Assembly: GCA_016875335.1 (NCBI GenBank)
Contig: VGRO01000008.1
Coordinates: 18 to 64,017, forward strand
DNA from: Deltaproteobacteria bacterium
Lineage (GTDB): Bacteria > Myxococcota_A > UBA9042
Length of the DNA: 64,000 nt
Direction of reading: 5' to 3'
A model generated the notes under the pieces. That model ran no database searches and was not told the DNA's origin. It saw only the letters and a list, made by a program, of their open reading frames with translations. Both the position numbers and the translations under genes were made by a program. Below, piece after piece: positions 55,746 to 64,000 of this stretch. Numbering within the stretch: the first letter of the stretch is position 1; the number at the start of each line of letters is the position of its first letter.

Positions 55746-56482
55746 CACGCGCGCCGGGCGACAACGCCGCGCTGGCCGCCGCATTGCGGACCTCGGGCGT
55801 GCGCGTGGTCGAGGTGCCGACCGCCCGGGTGCAGCCGATCGCGGTGCTGCCCGATCGGTCGGCTGTGCAGGCGTGGGCGGGGCGCGCCGATGCGCTGGCC
55901 TTCGCGAGCCGCCATGGCGTAGCCCACTGGGTCGAACAGTTCGGCGCGGCGACCCTGGTGCGGGGCGGCCTGCGCGTCGCGGCGGTCGGCGAAGCGACGG
56001 CCCATGCCCTGGTCGAGGCCGGCGCGTTCGTCCACGTGCAGGCGCGCGACCCGGCGACCGGCGCTGGGCTGGCCCGCGCGCTCGGTCAGGTGCTTGCGCC
56101 TGCCTCGATGGTCGTCGTGGTGCAGGCGCGGTTGGGCCAGCGCGATCTTGCCGAACACCTGTGCGCCGCCGGCCATGACGCGCGGGTGGCGGCCCTCTAC
56201 GAGAACGTCGCACCCGCCGACCCCGACCCCGCGGTACACGCCCTGGCCGGTCCGCAGACCGTCGTGTTCGCCGCGGCGCCGTCCGCCGTCGCGCGGCTGT
56301 TGGCCTGGAGCGAAGCTTGGCGCACCGCGCGCTGGGTCGCCATTGGCCCGACCACCGCCCAGGCCCTGCGCGATCGCGCCCTGCGACCCGCCGCCGTGGC
56401 CGAACAACCCACCCATGCCGCGTGCCTTGCAGCCGTGCTGGCCACCGTGCGCGCGCCGATCGCCTCCCTGGAGACCCCGTGA
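55715..56482 (+). CDS. hemD: Uroporphyrinogen-III synthase
   Basis: VVLTRA, FASRHGV, AAVGEATA, LYENV and VAIGPTTAQAL; lies between hemC and hemL. Confidence 0.85.
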   Translation: MGPACSTVVLTRAPGDNAALAAALRTSGVRVVEVPTARVQPIAVLPDRSAVQAWAGRADALAFASRHGVAHWVEQFGAATLVRGGLRVAAVGEATAHALVEAGAFVHVQARDPATGAGLARALGQVLAPASMVVVVQARLGQRDLAEHLCAAGHDARVAALYENVAPADPDPAVHALAGPQTVVFAAAPSAVARLLAWSEAWRTARWVAIGPTTAQALRDRALRPAAVAEQPTHAACLAAVLATVRAPIASLETP

Positions 56483-57789
56483 CCGAATCCACCACCTACG
56501 CTCGCGCTCAATCCGACGCCTTGTACGCTTCTGCCGTGCAGTGCATCCCGGGCGGGGTCAATAGCCCGGTACGCGCCTTCAAGTCCGTGGGCGGCAAGCC
56601 CGTGTACTTCGACCGCGCCCAGGGCGTCGAGGTCGTCGACGTCGATGGCAATGCCTACATCGATTTCTGCCTGTCGTGGGGACCGCTTGTTTTGGGGCAC
56701 AGCAACCCGGCCGTCGTCCAGGCGGTGACCGAGATCGCCCCGCGCGGCTTGACCTACGGGGCGTGCCACCCGGGCGAGGTGGCGATGGCCCAGACGCTGG
56801 TCGCGGCGTTCCCGGGTTTCGAGATGGCGCGGTTGGTCAGTTCGGGCACCGAGGCGGTGATGACGGCATTGCGGCTGGCGCGCGGGGCGACCGGTCGGCC
56901 GATGATCGTCAAGTTCGAGGGTGGCTACCACGGCCATGCCGATGCGCTGTTGGTCAAGGCCGGATCGGGCCTCGTCACCCATGCCGACCCTGGCTCCGAG
57001 GCAAGTTCGGCCGGCGTGCCCAAGGAAGTGGCCGGCCTGACCATCACCCTGCCGTTTGCCGACCTCGGCGCGGTGGAACGCGCGTTCGAAGTGTACGGCG
57101 ACCGCATCGCAGCGGTGATTCTCGAACCTTTGCCCGCCAACAATGGCCTGCTCGTGCAGACTCCGGCATATTTGCAAGGCCTGCGCGCAATCACCCGCCA
57201 GCACGGCGCGCTGCTGGTGTTCGACGAAGTGATCTCGGGCTTTCGCACCTGCTACGGCGGCTACGGCGCCGCGGCGGGCGTGCAGCCCGACCTGGTGACC
57301 CTTGGCAAGATCGTGGGCGGCGGCATGCCGCTCGGCGCCCTGGTCGGACCCAAGGCGATTCTGGGGTTGCTGGCGCCGGTCGGGCCGGTCTATCAGGCGG
57401 GCACGCTGTCGGGCAATCCGCTGTCGATCGCCGCTGGCCTCGCCACCCTGCGACAGCTGCAAGACCGTGCCGTGTACCGGCGCCTCGACCACCTGGGCGC
57501 CTACCTGGAACACCGGTTGGCGGCGACCGGCGTGCCGTGGCTGCGGGGTGTGCGCGTCGGATCGGTGTTCTGGCCGTATTTCGACCTCGGGCCGGTTCCG
57601 GTGCGCGCCGACACCATTTCGTCGGTCGCCGTGGCGCGCTTCAACAACCTCTACCACCACGTGCTGCAGGCGGGCTGCTACCTGCCGCCGTCGGCGTACG
57701 AGGTGTGGTTCTTGAGCACCGCGCACAGCGAGGCCCACCTCGACGCGCTGGTGGCGGCCCTGGCCGACGCGGCCCGGCGGATGGCGTAG
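56479..57789 (+). CDS. hemL: Glutamate-1-semialdehyde 2,1-aminomutase
   Basis: IPGGVNSPVRAF, SSGTEAVM, KFEGGYHGH, FDEVISGFR, TLGKIVGGGMP and YQAGTLSGNP. Confidence 0.97.
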   Translation: MTESTTYARAQSDALYASAVQCIPGGVNSPVRAFKSVGGKPVYFDRAQGVEVVDVDGNAYIDFCLSWGPLVLGHSNPAVVQAVTEIAPRGLTYGACHPGEVAMAQTLVAAFPGFEMARLVSSGTEAVMTALRLARGATGRPMIVKFEGGYHGHADALLVKAGSGLVTHADPGSEASSAGVPKEVAGLTITLPFADLGAVERAFEVYGDRIAAVILEPLPANNGLLVQTPAYLQGLRAITRQHGALLVFDEVISGFRTCYGGYGAAAGVQPDLVTLGKIVGGGMPLGALVGPKAILGLLAPVGPVYQAGTLSGNPLSIAAGLATLRQLQDRAVYRRLDHLGAYLEHRLAATGVPWLRGVRVGSVFWPYFDLGPVPVRADTISSVAVARFNNLYHHVLQAGCYLPPSAYEVWFLSTAHSEAHLDALVAALADAARRMA

Positions 57790-57792
57790 GCG

Positions 57793-58971
57793 ATGGCGCA
57801 CGTCACGCAAGCCGGGTCGCTGTGGCGCCGCCACGGGGTGACGCTGCTGTTCAGCGCGGCGGTGGTGCTGCTCATCGCGCTGTCGCTGTGGTGGTTCGCG
57901 TTCCTGCGCCGGTCCGTGGTCGAGGGACAGGCGGCGGCGGCGGCCCTTCTGGACCGCGAGGTGGCCCTGGCGGCGATGCGCGTCGGGGCCGATGCCAGGC
58001 CGGGTCCGGTGGCCGGCGATGCGCGCCTCATGGTCGTCGCCGCAGGCAGTGAGCCCCTGGTCCTGCCCGCCCACTGGGTGGGCGACGGGGCCGATGTGCA
58101 GACGGGGGGCGGCCCTGACCGGCGCCTGCTGGTGCAGCCGACCGGGCACTGGGTGCAGGTCCGCCAGGCCCAGAACGACCGGCGGCAAGCGATGGTCCTG
58201 GGCGAGGGCGTGTTCCTGATGACGCTGCTGCTCGCAGTGGTGTCGATGCTCTACCGCCTCTCGCGCGCCGAGTCGCGGTTCCGCCGCGAAATGGCCGAGT
58301 TCCTGGGGCACATGACCCACGAGCTCAAGACCCCGCTCGCCGGCATCAAGGCGGTGCTCGACACGCTCCGGCATGGCCGGATGCCCGCGGACCAGCAAGC
58401 GACGCTGGTGACCATGGCGCTGCAGGAGGTCGAGCGCGAAGAGCACCTCATCCAGAACCTGCTGCTGGCCCAGCGGTTGCGGGTGCCCGACCAGAGGTTG
58501 GTCCGCAACGTCATCGACGTGGCGCCGCTCCTGCGCAAGTTTGCCGACCACCGGTTGGAGATCCTGGGGGGCACGGTGACCATCGCCGTACAGTGCCCCG
58601 ACGGGCTGCACGGCACGGGCGACGACGTGGCGCTGTGGACGGTGCTCGAAAACCTGGTGGACAACGCCGTCAAGTACGGCGGCCATGCCCTGGTCTTGCG
58701 GGCCGCCGCCCACGGCGACGTGCTGCATGTGTCCGTGAACGACGACGGCGTCGGCTTCGACCCCGGCGACGCCTTGGCCCTTTTTGAACCCTTTGTCTCG
58801 ACCGCCGCCGCCCGACAGGGAAAGCACGGGACCGGCCTGGGGCTGTCGATCAGCCGCCAGTTGATGCGCCAGATGGGCGGCGACCTGGTCGCGACCAGCC
58901 CGGGCGCCGGCCAGGGCGCGACCTTCCAGGCGACCCTGCCGCTGGCCCCGGCCGCCGCACCGCATGGATGA
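57793..58971 (+). CDS. Membrane sensor histidine kinase (HisKA + HATPase)
   Basis: Two TMs; H-box THELKTPL; NLVDNAVKYG, DDGVG and GTGLGL. Confidence 0.93.
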   Translation: MAHVTQAGSLWRRHGVTLLFSAAVVLLIALSLWWFAFLRRSVVEGQAAAAALLDREVALAAMRVGADARPGPVAGDARLMVVAAGSEPLVLPAHWVGDGADVQTGGGPDRRLLVQPTGHWVQVRQAQNDRRQAMVLGEGVFLMTLLLAVVSMLYRLSRAESRFRREMAEFLGHMTHELKTPLAGIKAVLDTLRHGRMPADQQATLVTMALQEVEREEHLIQNLLLAQRLRVPDQRLVRNVIDVAPLLRKFADHRLEILGGTVTIAVQCPDGLHGTGDDVALWTVLENLVDNAVKYGGHALVLRAAAHGDVLHVSVNDDGVGFDPGDALALFEPFVSTAAARQGKHGTGLGLSISRQLMRQMGGDLVATSPGAGQGATFQATLPLAPAAAPHG

Positions 58972-58999
58972 TGTCCGCTTGCGCAGGATGGATGGCCGC

Positions 59000-59033
59000 G
59001 ACCTGGCGGGCCGGTAGGCGGGCCGGTCTTTTT
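59000..59033 (+). terminator. Probable Rho-independent terminator of the hem-kinase operon
   Basis: Outer stem GACC(T)GGC/GCCGGTC with an inner GCC/GGC stem, followed by TTTTT. Confidence 0.5.
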
Positions 59034-59034
59034 G

Positions 59035-59063
59035 TTGCCGCCTCGCTGACTTGGCTCTAAGCT
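59035..59063 (+). promoter_or_regulatory. sigmaA promoter of the STAND cyclase
   Basis: TTGCCG-17 nt-TAAGCT. Confidence 0.62.
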
Positions 59064-59135
59064 AGTGGATCGCCGCCATCTGCCGGGCGCCCGCCGCGTC
59101 TGGGTGGGACCGCGGAAGACCCCGAGCGAGCGCTG

Positions 59136-62100
59136 ATGCCGCAGTTCTCCGCCGACTATCTCGCCCGCTTCACGCCCGCGTCGTTGGTGTCACGGCTGCT
59201 GGCCGACCCGACGCCCTTGCAGACCGCCGTCTCTGATGAACTGCACGGCGCGGTCCTGTTCGCCGACATCAGTGGGTTTTCGCGGATGACCGAGATCCTC
59301 TCGGGCCAGCCCGACGGCGCCGAGCGCATCAACGCGGCGCTCAACGACTACCTCGGCAAACTCATCGAGACGGTCATCGACCACGGCGGCGACGTCATCA
59401 AGTTCGCGGGCGACGCGCTCATCTGCATCTGGGATGCCGCCGGGACCGGCGTTCCGGCAGCCGTGCGCGCCGCGGCTGCGTGCGGTCTGCGCGCCCAGAA
59501 GGAACTGGCCAGCTTTACCGTCGGGGACGACATCGCGCTGTCGATGCGCGTGTGCATCTGCTCGGGCGACATCTCGATGTTGCACGTGGGCGGCGTGCTC
59601 GAACGCTGGGAGGTGGTGCCGACCGGCGCCGCGGTCGCCGACCTCAAGAGCCTGCGCGCCCTGACCGCACCCGGACAGGTGGTGGTCAGCGCTGCGGCCT
59701 GGTCGAACCTCGGCGCGCCGTTCTCGGGTCGGGCAGCGCCCAAACTGGGCCCCGACGGCAAGTCGACGCTCGCTGACCTGGACGTGTTGACCACGCGCGC
59801 CGCGTTCGGATCCGCCGGCGACAAGCCCATGCGCCTGAACTGGGTCGACACCCTGCCACCGGCCGAGCCGCTCTTGCGCGCGCCGGTCCACCCCGACGCC
59901 GAGCCGGCGCTGCGCATGTTCGTACCCGGCGTGGTGCTGTCGCGGTTGGTGGAGGGCATGTCGGACTGGCTGTCTGAGCTGCGCCGGGTGTCCGTGGTGT
60001 TCGCGGCCCTGCCGGGCGGCGTCGCCACCCAGGTCAACGTGCACCACGTCCAGGCGATGGTCACGGCGATGCAGAAGGCGGTCTATCGCTACGACGGCGC
60101 CATCAACAAGATCAGCGTCGACGACAAGGGTGCAGTGCTCATCGCCGCGTTCGGTCTGCCGCCGATCTCGCACGAAGACAACGCCGCCCGGGCGCTGCAA
60201 GCCGCGATGGCCATGCGCAAGGCCTTGATGGAGGGCGGCGTGCAGGCGGGCGTCGGCGTGGCCACGGGCCAGGTGTTCTGCGGCACGGTCGGCAACAACG
60301 ACCGCTGCGAGTACACGGTGCTCGGCCACGTGGTCAACCTGGCAGCCCGCTTGATGGAGGCCAGCGACGGCAGGCTGTGGTGCGACGATCTGACCGCCCA
60401 GCAGGCCAGCGCGCACCTCGAACTGCAGAAGCTCTCGGTCATCGAGGTGCGCGGCCGCACCGAACCCGTGCAGATCTGGGCGCCGACCGGCAACGTGCGC
60501 GCGGCGGTCAAGGCCAAGACCGTGATGGTCGGCCGCCAGAAGGAGCGCGAGGCCCTGGCCGAATGCATCCAGTCGGTGCTGCGCGCCCGCCAGAGTTCGG
60601 TCGCCGTCATCATCGGCGAAGCCGGCATGGGCAAGTCGCGCCTGCTCGACGACTTCGAGCGCCAGGCCGCGGCGCTGAACCTGCGCGTGCTCAAGGGCGC
60701 CGGCGACGCGGTGGACCGCAATGCGCCCTACCACCCGTGGCGCACCGTTTTCGCTGACATCTTCGGCATTCAACCGACCGACGACGTAGCCGATCGCGGC
60801 GCAAAGGTCGAGCGCTTCCTGGCGGCCTTGCCCGACAAGGTGCGGTTGCTGCGGCCGTTGCTCGAGGTGGTGCTGGCCGCCGATCTCGGCAGTGACGAGG
60901 CGGTGCGCCATCTGTCGGGCGAGGCGCGCGCGCAGCAGACCCAGAAACTGCTGGCGGCCGTGCTGCAACACGCGATCGAACGGCAGCACCTGGCGATCAT
61001 CGTCGAGGACGCCCATTGGTTCGACTCTGCGTCGTGGGCGCTTTTCCGGTCGCTGCGCCTGAACGTTGTTCCGGTCATGTGGGTGGTGGCGTCGCGGCCG
61101 ATCGACGACCCGCCCGAGGAATTCCAAGTCCTGCTGCGCGACCCCGAGATCAGGAAACTGCGCCTCGGACCGCTCAGCCGCGACGACGCCGGCAACCTCG
61201 CGTGCCAGCGCATCGGCGTCAAGGGCCTGCCCAGCGAAGTCATCGATCTCATCGCCGCCCGCGCCGAGGGCAATGCGCTCTACGTCGAAGAGATGGCCCT
61301 GGTGCTGCGCGACACCAAGAGCATCGTCGTGGACGGCGAGGACACCCGATTGGCGGTCCCCATCGAGGAACTGGGCAACCTGCAGTTGCCGGCGACGGTC
61401 GAGGGCCTCATCGTCAGCCGCGTCGATTCCCTGCAACTGCCCGAACAGATGACCCTCAAGGTGGCGTCGGTGGTGGGCCGGCAGTTCCCGATCGACACGG
61501 TCCAGGACGTCTATCCGCTGCCCGAGCACAAGCGCGACGTGCCCAAGATGATCCCCGGCCTCATCCAGCAGGAGCTGGTGCGCAGGGCCGACATCGCCGA
61601 CCAGTACATCTTCAAACACGTGCTGACCAAGGAGGCGGTCTATGGGCTGATGCTTTTCGGCCAGCGCCGCGGGCTGCATCGGTCGGTCGCCGAATGGTAC
61701 GAGCGACGCTACGCCGACGACCTGACGCACTACCTGCCGATCCTGGCCCACCACTGGATGCGCGCAGAGGAGTGGAGCAAGGCGCTGACCTGCCTGGAGA
61801 TGGCGGCTGAGCAGAACCTGGACCGCTACGCCAACCGCGAGGCCGTCGAGCTCATCACCCAGGCGCTGCACCTGGACAAGAGCCACCCAGGCAACGCCGA
61901 CGATCCACGGCGCGCGCATTGGCACCGCCACCTCGCCGAAGCATGGTTCCGTCTGGGCCGCCTCGATCTGGCCAAGACCCACGGCCGCCAGGCGCTCAAG
62001 TTCCTCAAGGCGCAGGTGCCGACGACGCTTTTGGCCACGGTCGCCGGCCTGCTCTGCCAGGTTGCGATACGCATGGCGCAGCGCTGGTTCCCGCACCGCT

Positions 62101-63287
62101 TTGCCCTGACCGATGACACTGCCAAACGGCGCCGCATCTGGGCGACCCGCGTGCTCAACCGATTGACCGAAATCCACATCTACGCCGAAGACGCCGCCGG
62201 CTGTCTGGACTCGGGGTTGCGGGAGCTGAACGTTTCCGAACCGGCCGGCCACACGCCCGAACTCGGCAAGGCCTATGCGGTGATGGCGGTGGTGCTGGGC
62301 TCTGTGCCCCAGTTGCGCGGTCTCGCCAACCGTTGGGCCGAGCGCGCGGTCGAGGTGACCGAGCGCGCCGAGGGCGCCAACGCCGCGCTGGCCTACGTGC
62401 TGTCGCGGGTGGCCATCGTCGACCTGTACGACGCCAAGTGGGCTGGCGCCGAGAGCAAGCTGCAGCGCGCCGCCGAGGTGGCCCGCACCTTTGGCGACCG
62501 CAGGTTGCGCGAGGAGGCGGTGGGGGTGCACGGCATCACGCTGTTCTTTGCCGGTCGCTTTCGCGAAGCCCAAGCCCACTTCGACAGCATGAAGTCGAGC
62601 GCGCACTTCAGCAACAACGTGCAGATCCAGGCCTGGGCCACCATGATGACGGCCGCCGTGTTGACGCGGACCGGCAGCGCCGCCGATGCAAGCGCGCAAT
62701 ACGCGCAGATCGCCGACTGGGTGGCCAAGAACGCCACCAAGAGCGAGGTGCTGTGGGCCAACGGCATCGAGGCCCTGGCGCGGGTCCGCCGCGGCGACGG
62801 CAAGGGCGCCCTGGAACTGGCCGACGGCTTGCTGCCCTACATCAAAAAGCGACCCGTGGCCTACTGGGTGCAGCACGCGCTCGCGGCCGTGGCGGAAACC
62901 TACCTCTCCCTGTGGGCCGTCGCCACGCCCGGTTCGGCCGAGGCCGAGGCCCTGCGCGCCAAGGCGGCCATTGCCTGCCTGGCGATGCGCAGGTTCGGGT
63001 CTGCGTTTCCGTTCGGTCGGCCGCACGCGTTGTTGTGGGACGGCGTGTTCGAGCAGCTCGCCGGTCGGCCCGCCAAGGCGGCGCAGTTGTGGACCGAGTG
63101 CGTCGCCACCTCCGACAGGCAACACATGCCGTGGGAAGCCGCCCTGGCCAAGCGCGAACTCGGCCGCTTCCTGTCCAAGAACGACCCGCAACGCAACGTG
63201 TGGTTGGACAAGGCGGTGGAAGACCTGGAGACACTCGGCGCCCGCTGGGACCTCGACCTCGCCGACCATGAACGGTGGAACGCGTGA
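59136..63287 (+). CDS. Soluble-adenylyl-cyclase-like protein: tandem class III cyclase domains + STAND AAA ATPase + TPR region
   Basis: C1: LFADISGFS and IKFAGDAL. C2: INKISVDDKG and EYTVLGHVVNLAARLM. P-loop GEAGMGKSRL, Walker B IVEDAHW, GNALYVEE; helical repeats to the C-terminus. Confidence 0.92.
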   Translation: MPQFSADYLARFTPASLVSRLLADPTPLQTAVSDELHGAVLFADISGFSRMTEILSGQPDGAERINAALNDYLGKLIETVIDHGGDVIKFAGDALICIWDAAGTGVPAAVRAAAACGLRAQKELASFTVGDDIALSMRVCICSGDISMLHVGGVLERWEVVPTGAAVADLKSLRALTAPGQVVVSAAAWSNLGAPFSGRAAPKLGPDGKSTLADLDVLTTRAAFGSAGDKPMRLNWVDTLPPAEPLLRAPVHPDAEPALRMFVPGVVLSRLVEGMSDWLSELRRVSVVFAALPGGVATQVNVHHVQAMVTAMQKAVYRYDGAINKISVDDKGAVLIAAFGLPPISHEDNAARALQAAMAMRKALMEGGVQAGVGVATGQVFCGTVGNNDRCEYTVLGHVVNLAARLMEASDGRLWCDDLTAQQASAHLELQKLSVIEVRGRTEPVQIWAPTGNVRAAVKAKTVMVGRQKEREALAECIQSVLRARQSSVAVIIGEAGMGKSRLLDDFERQAAALNLRVLKGAGDAVDRNAPYHPWRTVFADIFGIQPTDDVADRGAKVERFLAALPDKVRLLRPLLEVVLAADLGSDEAVRHLSGEARAQQTQKLLAAVLQHAIERQHLAIIVEDAHWFDSASWALFRSLRLNVVPVMWVVASRPIDDPPEEFQVLLRDPEIRKLRLGPLSRDDAGNLACQRIGVKGLPSEVIDLIAARAEGNALYVEEMALVLRDTKSIVVDGEDTRLAVPIEELGNLQLPATVEGLIVSRVDSLQLPEQMTLKVASVVGRQFPIDTVQDVYPLPEHKRDVPKMIPGLIQQELVRRADIADQYIFKHVLTKEAVYGLMLFGQRRGLHRSVAEWYERRYADDLTHYLPILAHHWMRAEEWSKALTCLEMAAEQNLDRYANREAVELITQALHLDKSHPGNADDPRRAHWHRHLAEAWFRLGRLDLAKTHGRQALKFLKAQVPTTLLATVAGLLCQVAIRMAQRWFPHRFALTDDTAKRRRIWATRVLNRLTEIHIYAEDAAGCLDSGLRELNVSEPAGHTPELGKAYAVMAVVLGSVPQLRGLANRWAERAVEVTERAEGANAALAYVLSRVAIVDLYDAKWAGAESKLQRAAEVARTFGDRRLREEAVGVHGITLFFAGRFREAQAHFDSMKSSAHFSNNVQIQAWATMMTAAVLTRTGSAADASAQYAQIADWVAKNATKSEVLWANGIEALARVRRGDGKGALELADGLLPYIKKRPVAYWVQHALAAVAETYLSLWAVATPGSAEAEALRAKAAIACLAMRRFGSAFPFGRPHALLWDGVFEQLAGRPAKAAQLWTECVATSDRQHMPWEAALAKRELGRFLSKNDPQRNVWLDKAVEDLETLGARWDLDLADHERWNA

Positions 63288-64000
63288 GCCTGGTCCCCGC
63301 CGCCGACTGGACGATCTTGCGTTGCCCGTCCTGCCGCGGGCCCCTGCCTGAGAGCGCCGACCGCGGCGTACCGATCTTGCGCTGCGGCGACTGCGCTGCA
63401 ACCTGGCCGGTGCGCAACCGAATCCCGATCCTGTACCGCGATGAATGGGTGCGCGGCAACGACCGGCTGATGCGGGCCATCTACAACGCGCTGCCCAGCT
63501 GGCACGACCCCGCAGTGACCTACTTGCTGCCCGTATGGCAACTGGAAGGCAGCGAGGCGCAGATGCGCGGCGCCTACCTGCAACGCATCGAGCTGCCGCT
63601 GTTGGCCAGCGAAGGCGGCGGGCGACCGCTGCGCATCCTCGAAGTGTGCATCGGCACCGGCGTCAACGTCGGCCTGGTCCAGCGCGCCATCCCGCCGGGC
63701 ATCGATGTCGAGTACTGGGGCCTGGACCTGAGCGACGGCATGATGGCGGTGTGTCGCAAGAAACTGGCGCGGCAGGGATACGCTGGCGTGCAGATGGTGC
63801 AAGGAGACGCCCACGCACTGCCGTTCGCGGACCACGCCTTCGACCGCGTGTTCCATGTCGGCGCCATCGGTAACTTCTCCGACCCCGCCAAGGCCATGGC
63901 TGAGATGGCGCGGGTGGCGAAGCCGGGCACGCCGATTGTGGTGGTGGACGAGCAACTGGAGCCGGGTCGCCCGCACAACCTCTGGGTGCGGGCGTGGTTC
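63284..64000 (+). CDS. Class I SAM methyltransferase with an N-terminal Trm112-like Zn knuckle; runs off the window
   Basis: Not in the ORF track. GTG 63284 overlaps the cyclase stop. Own translation gives LRCPSCRG...CGDC...WPVRNRIPIL, ILEVCIGTG, WGLDLS, GDAHALPFADHAFD and RVAKPG. Confidence 0.88.
   Translation, partial: MSLVPAADWTILRCPSCRGPLPESADRGVPILRCGDCAATWPVRNRIPILYRDEWVRGNDRLMRAIYNALPSWHDPAVTYLLPVWQLEGSEAQMRGAYLQRIELPLLASEGGGRPLRILEVCIGTGVNVGLVQRAIPPGIDVEYWGLDLSDGMMAVCRKKLARQGYAGVQMVQGDAHALPFADHAFDRVFHVGAIGNFSDPAKAMAEMARVAKPGTPIVVVDEQLEPGRPHNLWVRAWF

Noticed and set aside
59190-63401. 1403 aa antisense ORF, and similar long shadow ORFs (124-1758, 6098-8197, 31227-33623, 44590-46692, 56197-58965)
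   Set aside because: They lie opposite well-supported genes and have no motifs. In GC-rich, codon-biased DNA the codons complementary to stops (TTA, CTA, TCA) are rare, so long antisense frames are expected.

Overview
A GC-rich, gene-dense chromosomal window that looks like a Myxococcota (deltaproteobacterial) genome. That placement is inferred from gene content: a lysS-lolE-lolD-bamA block, a TIGR04552-like protein, many Cys-rich lipoproteins, TPR proteins, a STAND adenylate cyclase and a sigma54 promoter. About 48 CDS and one tRNA-Pro(GGG) are supported. I saw no CRISPR array, integrase, transposase or prophage. The housekeeping core is lysS, a LolC/E permease, lolD, bamA, ribA, ssb, folC, trmL, lipB, rfbF/rfbG and hemC/D/L. 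Envelope and signalling genes are interspersed, including nine lipobox-containing ORFs. The best leads are: (1) a membrane-anchored class III cyclase with guanylate-cyclase-type specificity residues, coupled to a secreted TPR partner; (2) an HpnN/MMPL transporter fused through an internal lipobox to a lipoprotein domain, next to an MlaC-like shuttle; (3) a 33-unit hexamer repeat with G-quadruplex potential inside a lipoprotein signal peptide; (4) two head-to-head genes whose start codons are embedded in each other's -10 boxes; (5) a single-POTRA Omp85 coupled to an M20 peptidase lipoprotein; (6) an OmpA-domain lipoprotein with six cysteines in exact heptad register; (7) a RibBA protein whose RibB half has lost its catalytic motifs. 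All family calls come from motif recognition by eye; no database search was run, and reference residues recalled from memory are flagged.
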